64,000 nucleotides of DNA from Syntrophales bacterium (GTDB lineage: Bacteria > Desulfobacterota > Syntrophia > Syntrophales > JADFWA01): positions 3,839-67,838 of the forward strand of contig JAUSPI010000154.1 in assembly GCA_030655775.1 (NCBI GenBank). The letters are read 5' to 3'. Position numbers and translations under genes: made by a program. Shown in pieces: positions 20,262 to 29,688 of this stretch. Under the pieces are notes generated by a model that was given only the letters and a program-made list of their open reading frames with translations, had not been told where the DNA came from and did not search any database. Numbering within the stretch: position 1 is the stretch's first letter; each line of letters begins with the position of its first letter.

Positions 20262-20298
20262 TTCTGGAATTGCGTTTGGTTGAGTTTGATTTGCTGTT

Positions 20299-22023
20299 TT
20301 ATTCTACCTTGTATGCCTTCGATTTAATGAAATCCCAGAAGAAGACAAAATTCAGTATCAGCATTATAGACAAGATAATCGTCACTGTCCATCCAGGAAC
20401 GGGCTTCGCCGCTATGGCACCCGGCTGAACAACCGCAAGGAACCAGATGATAGCGCAGGTAACGGTAATCCAGAGCAGCCAGGCCGGAATTACGGCGATA
20501 TTGGCAAACGGCGATTTCAGTTTTTTGGCGACAAATGCTGCGCCGGTCATAAGGGCGATGGATGCGACCAACTGATTTGCCGCACCGAAGGACCCCCAGA
20601 TGATAAGCCAGTTTCCTGTCGCGGCCAACCAGATTCCGATCGCTGCCGGAATAATGGAGGCAATCCAGCGATTTGTCAGGACGTTGTAAAGTCCCGTGGC
20701 GCTGTCTTTCAGCGGAGCAGCCATTTCGGACAGGCAGTAGCGGGCCAGACGGTTGGTGGTGTCAAGGGTCGTCATGGCAAATGAAGCGACCCACATGCCG
20801 GCGATTACCTTGACGTATTTAGCCGGGATAACTCCCAGCCAGGTCGAGGCAACCATATCCGAGTAAGACTGGACGAAAAGATTTGCCGCAGACAGCTTAA
20901 CGGAAGCGGATACCTTTGTAAACATTGCCCCCCAGTTACCGTAATTCAACATCTCTGTTGTCACTCCCGCATTCTTTAGTGCGGTATAACCGAAACCCGC
21001 TATGGATACAATGACGATGGTCGACAGGAACCCCTCGGTAAACATGGCGCCGTACCCTATGAACAAACCGTCACTTTCTTTTTCGAGCTGTTTCGATGTT
21101 GTACCGGAAGCGACAAGAGAGTGGAAACCCGAGAGGGAACCGCAGGCGATAATCAACGGTATCGCAGGCCAGAAAGGCGTCGGTTTGCCTCCCATCAGGA
21201 TGGGAGCGAAGCTGGAAAATGCAGGGACTTCAAATCCCTTAAATGCAAAGACGGCCGCTATAAAACCCAGGGCGAGTCCAAAATAAAGAAGCCATGAATT
21301 GAGATAATCCCTCGGTTGCAGGAGTACATTAACGGGAATAGCAGCGGCAATAACAATATAGAAAAAGAATACCCACATCCAGATCATGTAGCTTAGTTTT
21401 ATAGGGGTTACCGTGCCCAGCCAGATGGCGATTGTCAGCATAACGATGCCGATAATGGTAGCAAGGCCAAAATTCATCTTTACCCGGTATAAAAGTACAC
21501 CCAGGATCAGAGCGGCAAGTATCTTCCATAGATATGCCGATGCAATGGCCGGAGTCCGGACAAACATACCGCCGACAATAGCTGCGAAGGCTGCTACAAC
21601 GAGAATGAGAAGGAAGAAAACGATCCAGTAGAATGCCACTCCCGTTCTCTTTCCAATTAGATCTGAGGCGACAAACTGGACTGATTTGCCGTCATAGCGG
21701 ACAGATGCCATTAAGGCCAGATAATCATGAACGGCTCCAATGAAAACATTGCCGAACCAGACCCAGAGAAGTGCGGGAAGCCAGCCCCAGCATATCGCTA
21801 TTGCGGGGCCGATTATCGGCGCGGCACCGGCAACTGACGCAAAATGATGCCCGAAGAGAACCTCTTTCCTCGCCGGGATATAATCCACCCCGTCATATAG
21901 GCGCTTGGAGGGCGCCTCTATGAGATCCGACGCTCCTACGACATCTTTTTCTAGCTTTTTGCCGTAGGTAAAATAAAGTGTTAAATAAATCAAAAAACCA
22001 GCAAGAATAATTAAACTTGTCAT
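20299..22023 (-). CDS. cstA: carbon starvation protein A family transporter (peptide/pyruvate)
   Basis: 574 aa polytopic protein. N-terminal block ...FGHHFASVAGAAPIIGPAIA... is typical of CstA. Confidence 0.9.
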   Translation of the reverse strand: MTSLIILAGFLIYLTLYFTYGKKLEKDVVGASDLIEAPSKRLYDGVDYIPARKEVLFGHHFASVAGAAPIIGPAIAICWGWLPALLWVWFGNVFIGAVHDYLALMASVRYDGKSVQFVASDLIGKRTGVAFYWIVFFLLILVVAAFAAIVGGMFVRTPAIASAYLWKILAALILGVLLYRVKMNFGLATIIGIVMLTIAIWLGTVTPIKLSYMIWMWVFFFYIVIAAAIPVNVLLQPRDYLNSWLLYFGLALGFIAAVFAFKGFEVPAFSSFAPILMGGKPTPFWPAIPLIIACGSLSGFHSLVASGTTSKQLEKESDGLFIGYGAMFTEGFLSTIVIVSIAGFGYTALKNAGVTTEMLNYGNWGAMFTKVSASVKLSAANLFVQSYSDMVASTWLGVIPAKYVKVIAGMWVASFAMTTLDTTNRLARYCLSEMAAPLKDSATGLYNVLTNRWIASIIPAAIGIWLAATGNWLIIWGSFGAANQLVASIALMTGAAFVAKKLKSPFANIAVIPAWLLWITVTCAIIWFLAVVQPGAIAAKPVPGWTVTIILSIMLILNFVFFWDFIKSKAYKVE

Positions 22024-22093
22024 TTTTTACCTCCTTTCTAATATATGTGAAATTAGAGATCATAAAAAGAGATGTTTGCATAATACACATATT

Positions 22094-22175
22094 GTCATTG
22101 CGAACGTAGTGAAGCAATCTCAAATTATCTGTAATTACAAATAGATTGCCACGTCGCTTCGCTCCTCGCAATGAC
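22094..22175. repeat. inverted repeat element (GTCATTGCGA...AGCAATCT arms)
   Basis: The arms 22094-22120 and 22143-22175 are imperfect reverse complements separated by 22 nt. Confidence 0.7.
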
Positions 22176-22338
22176 CAGAAAACCAATTATGCAAACCTTT
22201 CAAAAAATGTCCGTTCTTTAATCCCTTGCAGAAAATTTACTCCTCATGAAACATAAAGTCAAACATTTTTCGGCTTTTTTTTAATCGGTTCTCTTTAATG
22301 GCCATGCTCAAATGAAGGCAGTGCTGAAAATAATAATC

Positions 22339-22366
22339 TTGACAAACCCGACTACTGACGTATGAT
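22339..22366 (+). promoter_or_regulatory. sigma70-like promoter of the XRE-cupin regulator / OFOR operon
   Basis: TTGACA (22339-22344), 16-nt spacer, TATGAT (22361-22366). Confidence 0.55.
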
Positions 22367-22371
22367 TCATG

Positions 22372-22408
22372 ATTAGAATATTAGTATTTTTAACAAAAAC
22401 ATTCTAAT
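22372..22408. promoter_or_regulatory. candidate operator (inverted repeat ATTAGAAT-N21-ATTCTAAT)
   Basis: Perfect 8-bp arms at 22372-22379 and 22401-22408, directly downstream of the -10 and upstream of the regulator gene. Confidence 0.35.
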
Positions 22409-22432
22409 CTGTCCCGTCTTTGAGGTGACAAA

Positions 22433-23038
22433 ATGACACAAAACGAAGATATCAAATCGGGAGCCGTAAAGGGATTTAAAATTGGCGGCAAAGTAAGAGA
22501 ACTCAGGCAAAAAAGACATTACACCATGAAGGACCTGTCTATAAAAACCGATCTGTCAAAAACTCTTTTATCTGAAATAGAAAATGATGAGGTTGTTCCA
22601 CCCGTGGCAACTCTGCTCAAGCTGGCCAAAGCTCTTGGTGTAGGAATGACTTTTTTCTTTGAGGACGTGGAAATCAGTGAAAAAATTTCTGTTACCCGTC
22701 CTGGTGAGCGGATACAGCTCAAACGCAGACCGCACCATCATGAAGGGGAAGTCGATTACGTTTACGAAATCCTTGAAACGAAAAAACCTGACAAGCGTAT
22801 GTTACCCTTGCTGGTAGAGTTTCAGCCCATGGATAGAAGTGACATGATTTTTACGAACCACGAGGGAGAAGAATTCTTATATCTCATCGAAGGAACACTT
22901 GAATTTCGCACCGATGATCGAATGGAGGTACTCCAGCCGGGCGATTCCCTCTATTTTGAATCGGATATAAACCACAGCTTTCGTGCTCTGGATGAAAAAC
23001 AGGCAAGGGCTGTTGTTGTGGTCTGGAGTAAAACATAA
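22433..23038 (+). CDS. XRE-family HTH transcriptional regulator with C-terminal cupin domain
   Basis: HTH block LRQKRHYTMKDLSIKTDLSKTLLSEIEN. Cupin block GEEFLYLIEGTLEF...GDSLYFESDINHSF. Confidence 0.8.
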   Translation: MTQNEDIKSGAVKGFKIGGKVRELRQKRHYTMKDLSIKTDLSKTLLSEIENDEVVPPVATLLKLAKALGVGMTFFFEDVEISEKISVTRPGERIQLKRRPHHHEGEVDYVYEILETKKPDKRMLPLLVEFQPMDRSDMIFTNHEGEEFLYLIEGTLEFRTDDRMEVLQPGDSLYFESDINHSFRALDEKQARAVVVVWSKT

Positions 23039-23054
23039 AAAGGAACTGATAATT

Positions 23055-23618
23055 ATGCTCGAAATCCGTTTTCATGGACGTGGTGGACAGGGAACCGTTG
23101 TAGCCACAATCCTGCTGGCCAAGGCCTTTTTTGAGGCAGGCTATCAAGTCCAAAGCTTCCCTTTTTTTGGAATAGAAAGAAGGGGGGCTCCGGTCGAGGC
23201 ATATTTAAGACTGAACAAAAAAGATATTTTAATAAGGTCGAATGTTTACAATCCCGATCACGTCGTTGTTCAGGACCGAACTCTTATCCAGAGCATTGAT
23301 TTTACAAGAGGACTTCAGCCAGGAGGATGGATCCTGATCAACAGTCCGGCTCCCCCTGCTAATTTGACCCCCTTTGCGGGTTTTCGGTTGGCTTTCGTCG
23401 ATGCCAGCCATATTGCAAGAAATCATAAACTGGGAACCCGTACCTCTCCTATCGTTAACACATCGATGATTGGCGCTTTTGCCAGCATTTTAGACATGCC
23501 ACCGATGGAAACTGTCGTTTCCGCCATCAGAGAAGAAATTACGATTGAGGCCGAACAAAACATCCAGGCAGCGGAAGATGCATACAGGGAAGTCCGAATT
23601 CTCGGAATGATTGAGTAA
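23055..23618 (+). CDS. 2-oxoacid:ferredoxin oxidoreductase gamma subunit
   Basis: Starts MLEIRFHGRGGQGTVVATILLA. ATG 23055 chosen over the upstream track start. Confidence 0.85.
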   Translation: MLEIRFHGRGGQGTVVATILLAKAFFEAGYQVQSFPFFGIERRGAPVEAYLRLNKKDILIRSNVYNPDHVVVQDRTLIQSIDFTRGLQPGGWILINSPAPPANLTPFAGFRLAFVDASHIARNHKLGTRTSPIVNTSMIGAFASILDMPPMETVVSAIREEITIEAEQNIQAAEDAYREVRILGMIE

Positions 23619-23629
23619 GGATCAGAAAA

Positions 23630-25423
23630 GTGACAGAAAAGAAGGAAATTATTGAAGCAATTCCATTGTTAGTACCACACTCCTACCTAACTACGGAAAG
23701 CAATAAGACGGGCTCGTGGCGCTTTCTAAAGCCCCGTTATGAAGAAAAGACTTCTCCATGCAGCACTGCCTGTCCTGCCGGTGAGGACATCGGGCAAATT
23801 GAAATGCTGACAGCCCGGGGTTTATTCAAGGAGGCCTGGGAAACCATACTCAGAGAAAACCCCTTTCCCGGCGTCTGTGGACGTGTCTGCTATCATCCCT
23901 GTGAAAAAATATGCAATCGAGAAGAATTTGATAAAGCTATTGCCATTCATAGTATCGAGCGTTTTCTCGCCGATACTGCCATTCGGAACGATTTAAAACC
24001 CCTTCTGGAACGTAATCCTGCCAGGAAGCAGAAAATAGCGGTAATAGGTGCCGGTCCCAGCGGCCTTGCGGCGGCCTATTTCTTGACCCTCCTCGGTTAT
24101 ACCTGCGATGTCTTCGAGGCTATGCCTGAACCCGGTGGAATTCTCCGGTGGGGAATACCTCCTTACCGCCTTCCCCTTTCTGTTCTTTAAAACGAAATTG
24201 CCCTGATTGAAGATCATGGCGTCCGGATACATACCGGGAAGCACATTTCACGGCACTTTCTGGAAGAGGCCCGGAATAATTACAATGCCATCTTTCTGGG
24301 TTGCGGACATTCCCGTACGGCCCGGTTGAACATCCCGGGAGAAGATACTGAGGGTGTTGAGGATGGGTTCAAATTTCTGCTAAGTATCCGTCAGAATAAA
24401 AACCCTTCATCCAATGGATCGATAGCTGTTATTGGAGGCGGCAACACAGCTATTGATGTAGCCCGGAGCATCGTGCGACTTGGCGGAAAGGCTCTTATAA
24501 TATACAGACGCAGGCGTCAGGATATGCCTGCCTTCGAACAGGATGTGCAGATGGCACTTGAAGAAGGAGTTGAGATTAAAGAACTTCTTACACCCGCAAA
24601 GATCATATATGATAATGAAGAGCTTGTTTTGACTTTACGGCAGATGAAAGTTGTTGGTGAAGATATTCAGGGAAGAGCTTCTGTTGAACCCGACGGTAAA
24701 AACCCTGAAGAAATCAGGGTTAAACGAATTTTCAAGGCTATTGGTAAAGGGATAGCCGAACCCTGGCATAGTCCCCCAGAAGAAGGGGAAGGAATTTTGA
24801 GGATGAACAACTCTGTTCTGGCATACCGGCATCAATGTCCCACTCTCGTGTTTGGGGGCGACCTGACAAATGAGACAAAGAGTGTCGTCCATGCTGTGGC
24901 TTCCGGCAAGGAGGCAGCTATAGCTCTTGATATATTCTTTAGGGAAGGATTTGATGCCATCAGGCCGACGCTAAAGACCTGTATGGTGGGAAATGGCGCT
25001 TCCCCTCTCTCTATGGAAGTTTACATGGGGGGACCTCGCCGTTTAAGAAGCCCCCATATTGTCACTTATGAAGAAATTAATACCGACTACTTTCAGCTCA
25101 CCGGCAAAGTCTCTCAACCACGTCTTTTAATAGAAGAACGCCTCCGGACATTTGAAGAAGTAGACCTCAAAATTTCGGCGCATCTGGCCACCAGAGAGGC
25201 AGGACGCTGCTTTAACTGCGGTCTCTGTAGTCAGTGTGAGAACTGCTTTGTGTTCTGTCCGGATTTATCAGTAATACGTGATAACAGTTCCCAGGGACGT
25301 CATATCAATTATGATTATTGTAAGGGGTGCGGTGTCTGTGTGGTGGAATGCCCCCGCAACGCCATGGTACTCGAGGAGGAAAGTTATGAAGAAAGTCCTG
25401 GAGGGAAGTCAGGCAGTAGCTGA
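23630..25423 (+). pseudogene. GltD/SudA-like NAD(P)H-flavin oxidoreductase fused to a PorD-like 2x[4Fe-4S] domain, interrupted by one in-frame TAA (24188-24190)
   Basis: ORFs 23630-24190 and 24326-25423 are in the same frame. The 45 codons between them continue the family pattern (NEIALIEDHGVRIHTGK...YNAIFLGCG...IPGED). Motifs: CGRVCYHPCE, IAVIGAGPSGLAAAYFL, AVIGGGNTAIDVA, and C-terminal CFNCGLCSQCENCFVFCP...CKGCGVCVVECP. Confidence 0.7.
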
Positions 25424-26564
25424 AGCGGTTCGCCTGGCAAAAGTCAGCGTTATTTCTGCTTATCCTATCACTCCGCAAACCCATATCGTCGAGTTCCTTT
25501 CAGAGTATTGTTCAGATGGCAGATTGGGCGCACGTTTTTTGCGTGTGGAGAGTGAACATTCTGCTCTGGCTGCTCTGATTGGAGCAGCGAGCAGCGGGGT
25601 GAGGACATTTACCGCCACTTCCTCACAGGGGCTGGCCCTGATGCACGAACTCCTCCACTGGACATCGGGTGCAAGGCTTCCGGTTGTAATGGTCGAAGTA
25701 AATCGGGCACTTGCTCCCGGCTGGAATATCTGGACCGACCAGACCGACAGCCTGGCACAACGGGACACGGGCTGGATACAGCTCTATTGTGAAAACAGTC
25801 AGGAAACTCTGGATACCACTCTTCAGGCCTTCCGCCTGGCGGAGATGGTTAATCTGCCGGTCATGGTAGTTTTAGATGCGTTTTATCTCTCACACACTTA
25901 TGAACCGGTTGATGTACCGGAACAGGAACTGGTCGACTGCTTCCTCCCTCCGTACGACCCAAAATTTCAGGTTGACACAAAAGATCCGCGTGCGTTTGGT
26001 TCATTAGTTCTGCCGAATGCTTACATGGAAATGCGCCATAATATTGCAATGGCGATGGAGGAAGTTCTGTCTATATTTCCAGAAATCGAGGAAGATTTTG
26101 CCGGAATATTTGGGCGTCGTTATGGGTCAGTAGAACCGATTGCCTGTGATGATGCGGAAATCATTTTGGTAACGTCCGGAACGGTCACGAGTACGAGCCG
26201 TCAGGTAATTCAAGGCTTGCGTGCAAAGGGAGAAAAAGTCGGGCTCCTGAAAGTAAAACTTTTCCGTCCCTTTCCCTCGGAGATGTTTCGCCGGATACTC
26301 AGACCGGCAAAAAAAGTCGCCGTGATTGACCGCAATTTCTCATTCGGGGCAAGTGGTATATTTGCCCAGGAATTGCGAGCCGCTCTTTGCAACCTTCCCG
26401 GCCATCCTCCGGTTTTCGGTTATATTGCGGGAATCGGCGGACGTGACGTGACAACGGACATATTAGAGAACATATACTGGCAAACCAAAAAGAATGAGGT
26501 TCCGGAAAAAGAAAGTATATGGATGGGACTTCAGGAGGTGGATCATGCAACTGAAAGTTCCTGA
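25386..26564 (+). CDS. 2-oxoacid:ferredoxin oxidoreductase alpha subunit
   Basis: MKKVLEGSQAVAEAVRLAKVSVISAYPITPQT is a typical PorA/VorA N-terminus. GAGGAGG RBS. Overlaps the upstream gene. Confidence 0.9.
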   Translation: MKKVLEGSQAVAEAVRLAKVSVISAYPITPQTHIVEFLSEYCSDGRLGARFLRVESEHSALAALIGAASSGVRTFTATSSQGLALMHELLHWTSGARLPVVMVEVNRALAPGWNIWTDQTDSLAQRDTGWIQLYCENSQETLDTTLQAFRLAEMVNLPVMVVLDAFYLSHTYEPVDVPEQELVDCFLPPYDPKFQVDTKDPRAFGSLVLPNAYMEMRHNIAMAMEEVLSIFPEIEEDFAGIFGRRYGSVEPIACDDAEIILVTSGTVTSTSRQVIQGLRAKGEKVGLLKVKLFRPFPSEMFRRILRPAKKVAVIDRNFSFGASGIFAQELRAALCNLPGHPPVFGYIAGIGGRDVTTDILENIYWQTKKNEVPEKESIWMGLQEVDHATESS

Positions 26565-27426
26565 ACGTGAGTACATGTACCCGGGACATGTGGCCTGTCC
26601 CGGATGCGGGGCCGCAATTGCCATGAGATTGTTCATGAAGGTGATGGGTGAAAAGACCATAATTGTCCTTCCTGCCTGTTGTTGGTCCATTATAGCGGGC
26701 GCCTATCCTCAGTCTACATTGCAGGTTCCGATAATCCATAGTGCCTTTGAAACCGGAGGCGCCGTGGCCAGTGGTGTGCGTGCGGCATTGGATATTAAGG
26801 GAGATACCGAAACCACCGTCGTTACATGGGCCGGCGATGGAGGAACTTTTGATATCGGCTTTCAGGCACTCAGCGGCGCCGTTGAGCGTAATGAAGATTT
26901 TATCTATGTATGCTATGACAATGAAGCCTATATGAATACCGGCATTCAGCGCAGTTCTTCTACCCCTTACGGTGCGTGGACCACCACAACACCGGGACAG
27001 GAATGGAAAAAGATGCGGAAAAAGAATATTGTAGAGGCTCTGGTAGCCCATCGCATTCCTTATGCTGCCACGGCTAATATTGCCTTCCCGGAAGATATGA
27101 TTCGAAAGGTTCAAAAAGCCAAAGAAATAAAGGGAGCGCGCTTTCTCCATATTTTTGCCAGTTGCCCTACCGGCTGGCGTATTCCATCTGAAATATCCGT
27201 CAAGATTGCCCGAATGGCTGTCCAGACCAATATTTTTCCCCTTTATGAAGTCGAAGGCGGTGTAAAATACACGATAAACTACACTCCCAAGGAGTATCCG
27301 GTAAGAGAGTATTTCAAACTCCAGGGACGATTCCAGCATCTCACTGACAATGATTTAGCGCAGATTCAGGAAATGGTCAACGAGGACTGGGAACTCCTGC
27401 TCCGTAAGGCGGGTGAACTGTCTTAA
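26545..27426 (+). CDS. 2-oxoacid:ferredoxin oxidoreductase beta (TPP-binding) subunit
   Basis: GHVACPGCGAAIA and GDGGTFDIGFQALSG...NEAYMNTG TPP motifs. ATG 26545 follows AGGAGG. Confidence 0.9.
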   Translation: MQLKVPEREYMYPGHVACPGCGAAIAMRLFMKVMGEKTIIVLPACCWSIIAGAYPQSTLQVPIIHSAFETGGAVASGVRAALDIKGDTETTVVTWAGDGGTFDIGFQALSGAVERNEDFIYVCYDNEAYMNTGIQRSSSTPYGAWTTTTPGQEWKKMRKKNIVEALVAHRIPYAATANIAFPEDMIRKVQKAKEIKGARFLHIFASCPTGWRIPSEISVKIARMAVQTNIFPLYEVEGGVKYTINYTPKEYPVREYFKLQGRFQHLTDNDLAQIQEMVNEDWELLLRKAGELS

Positions 27427-27451
27427 AGATGTATAAGGTGTCAATTGAAGT

Positions 27452-27877
27452 ATGATTAACATTACACCCACCATAAAAATTGATGAGAGTGAGATCCAAC
27501 TGGATTTTATACGTGCTTCGGGGCCGGGCGGTCAGAATGTCAACAAAGTCGCCACGGCCGTTCAGCTCCGCTTCGATGTAAACAACTCACCTTCTCTGCC
27601 GGATGACGTTCGCGAACGTCTGATTCATATGGCAGGCCGGCGAGTTACAGGAGATGGAGTGCTGATTGTCGATGCCCGCCGGTTCCGTACACAGGAGCGA
27701 AACCGGCAGGATGCAATCACGAGATTGGTTGAGTTAATCCGAACGGCAGCTGTAAAACCCAAACCCCGCCGCAAGACAAGACCAACTCTCGCATCAAAAA
27801 AACGGAGGATTGAGATTAAGCGCCGCCACGGCACGATCAAGCGCCTTCGACGGTCGGTCAAGCATCCTGAAGATTAG
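27452..27877 (+). CDS. arfB: alternative ribosome-rescue factor / peptidyl-tRNA hydrolase ArfB
   Basis: 141 aa. GGQ motif (SGPGGQNVNKV) and a strongly basic C-terminal tail. Confidence 0.85.
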   Translation: MINITPTIKIDESEIQLDFIRASGPGGQNVNKVATAVQLRFDVNNSPSLPDDVRERLIHMAGRRVTGDGVLIVDARRFRTQERNRQDAITRLVELIRTAAVKPKPRRKTRPTLASKKRRIEIKRRHGTIKRLRRSVKHPED

Positions 27878-27938
27878 ACCTCATAGGGATATAAAGCAAA
27901 ACACCTTGCAATGCACCGAAGGTTCCTTGACGTGGTTT

Positions 27939-29000
27939 TCACCCCTTAATATAGCGAGCCACCAAGTCCCCTATCTCACGCGTTCCGAAACCCATTTTAC
28001 CCGCATCGAGACTCTTGATGTCGTTTTTCACGACTTTCTTGATCGCTTCAAGTAAGTTTTTAGCCGCAGCCTCTTCTTCGAGATATTCGAGCATCATCTG
28101 CGCCGCACCTATTGCCGCCAGGGGATTTATTACATTCATACCGGTATATTTTGGGGCTGACCCACCTATCGGTTCAAACATTGCTATATTGCCCGGATTT
28201 ATATTACCGCCGGCAGCGATACCCATTCCACCCTGTATCATCGCTCCCAGATCAGTTATAATATCTCCGAACATGTTATCGGTTACAATCACATCAAAAT
28301 ATTCAGGATTCTTTACCATCCACATACACGTAGCATCCACGTGTGCGTAGTCGAGCTCTATGTCAGGATATTCCTTGCCGCATTCATTAAAAACCCTTTC
28401 CCACAAGTCGAATGCATAGGTAAGTACGTTTGTTTTTCCGCACAGGGTCAGCTTCTTCTCTTTATTTCTTTTCCTGCAATATTCGAAAGCATAGCGAATA
28501 CAGCGTTCAACCCCTTTTCTCGTATTTATTGACTCTTGAATTGCCACTTCATCAAGAGTTCCTTTCTTTAAAAAACCTCCGCCTCCTGTATAAAGCCCCT
28601 CGGAATTTTCCCTCACAACCACAAAGTCGACATCCTCAGGATTCTTGTCTTTAAGGGGCGTATACGCACCTGGAAAGAGAATGACCGGTCTTAGATTTAT
28701 GTAAAGGTCCAGTTCAAAACGCATCTTTAAGAGAATCTCTTTTTCAAGTATTCCTGGTTTAACCTCCGGATGACCGATCGCGCCCAGGAGAATAGCATCC
28801 ATATCTCTCAATTCAGACAGAACGGAATCCGGAAGAAGTTCTCCTTTGCTGAGGTATCTTTCTCCGCCAATGTCATATTCAGTAAAATTAAATTGAGGCC
28901 CTCCAGTCTCTGAAAGAGCATTCAATGCCTTAACGGCTTCGGCAGTCACCTCTGCCCCTGTTCCATCTCCGGGTACTACACCAATATCGTATGTCTTCAT
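27939..29000 (-). CDS. leuB: 3-isopropylmalate dehydrogenase
   Basis: 353 aa isocitrate/isopropylmalate dehydrogenase family (VPGDGTGAEV, NMFGDIITD). Last gene of the leu cluster. Confidence 0.85.
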   Translation of the reverse strand: MKTYDIGVVPGDGTGAEVTAEAVKALNALSETGGPQFNFTEYDIGGERYLSKGELLPDSVLSELRDMDAILLGAIGHPEVKPGILEKEILLKMRFELDLYINLRPVILFPGAYTPLKDKNPEDVDFVVVRENSEGLYTGGGGFLKKGTLDEVAIQESINTRKGVERCIRYAFEYCRKRNKEKKLTLCGKTNVLTYAFDLWERVFNECGKEYPDIELDYAHVDATCMWMVKNPEYFDVIVTDNMFGDIITDLGAMIQGGMGIAAGGNINPGNIAMFEPIGGSAPKYTGMNVINPLAAIGAAQMMLEYLEEEAAAKNLLEAIKKVVKNDIKSLDAGKMGFGTREIGDLVARYIKG

Positions 29001-29494
29001 AATTTCCTTTCACCTCCCCTTATATAATCCACCAATCCTCCTGCTTTTATCAGTTGCCTCATGAAATCAGGTATCGGGCGTGCTGTGTAAATTTTTCCGC
29101 TGACAATACTTTTACACTCACCTCTCGTAAGATCAACAGCTACTTGTTCTCCTTCCAATATACCTTCAGCCGCTTCTTCCGATTCAAGCAGTGGCAACCC
29201 TATATTAAACGCATTCCGGTAAAATATTCTCGCAAAACTTTTAGCTATGATCACGCTGACACCGGCTTCTCTGATAGCAAGCGGCGCATGCTCACGAGAT
29301 GAACCACAACCAAAGTTTCTGCCCGCAACGAGAATATCTCCGGAAGAGACATCCTTCGCAAAATCCGGTCTAATATCAGCAAAACAGTGCCGAGCTAACT
29401 CAGACCCATCTGAAATATTGAGATACCTTGCCGGAATAATCAGGTCAGTATCAATGTCGTCGCCAAACTTCCAGACCTTTCCTTGAAATTTCAT
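28997..29494 (-). CDS. leuD: 3-isopropylmalate dehydratase small subunit
   Basis: MKFQGKVWKFGDDIDTDLIIPARYL and GRNFGCGSSREHA. ATG 29494 follows GAGGGT. Confidence 0.85.
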   Translation of the reverse strand: MKFQGKVWKFGDDIDTDLIIPARYLNISDGSELARHCFADIRPDFAKDVSSGDILVAGRNFGCGSSREHAPLAIREAGVSVIIAKSFARIFYRNAFNIGLPLLESEEAAEGILEGEQVAVDLTRGECKSIVSGKIYTARPIPDFMRQLIKAGGLVDYIRGGERKL

Positions 29495-29540
29495 TTTATT
29501 TACCCTCACCCCAGCCCTCTCCCATCGAGGGAGAGGAAAA

Positions 29541-29652
29541 TTGAAGCTCCCCTCAACAAGTTGCGGGGAATCTCCGACTGTTAAGGAAGATTGTTATTTT
29601 TATTCGCTCGCTAACCCCGCCGCAAGCAGCGGGGAATGCGCTCGCTGTTCAG
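29541..29652 (+). repeat. diverged copy of the double-hairpin repeat, inserted between leuC and leuD
   Basis: Sequence TTGAAGCTCCCCTCAACAAGTTGCGGGGAATC...AACCCCGCCGCAAGCAGCGGGGAATGCGCTCGCTGTTCAG. It aligns block by block with the 36700-36810 copy. Confidence 0.7.
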
Positions 29653-29688
29653 TTCAATACACTTTTAGCCTTTTACCTTTTGCCTCAA

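Noticed and set aside
22186-22206. 21-nt motif ATTATGCAAACCyTTCAAAAA shared (20/21) with 45316-45336, considered as a sigma54 promoter on the minus strand (..TTTGCAT..) upstream of cstA and the dodecin gene
   Set aside because: The -24 GG element is absent at the required spacing from the TTGC. With only two copies I cannot distinguish a regulatory site from a fragment of a diverged repeat.
26299-27339. 346-aa minus-strand ORF, together with other long antisense ORFs (for example 15861..16514, 3496..4068, 8536..8910, 47060..47440, 43136..43621)
   Set aside because: All overlap strongly supported genes (porA/porB, carB, iorA, ppdK, AOR, methyltransferase) on the opposite strand. None shows a recognisable motif or RBS.
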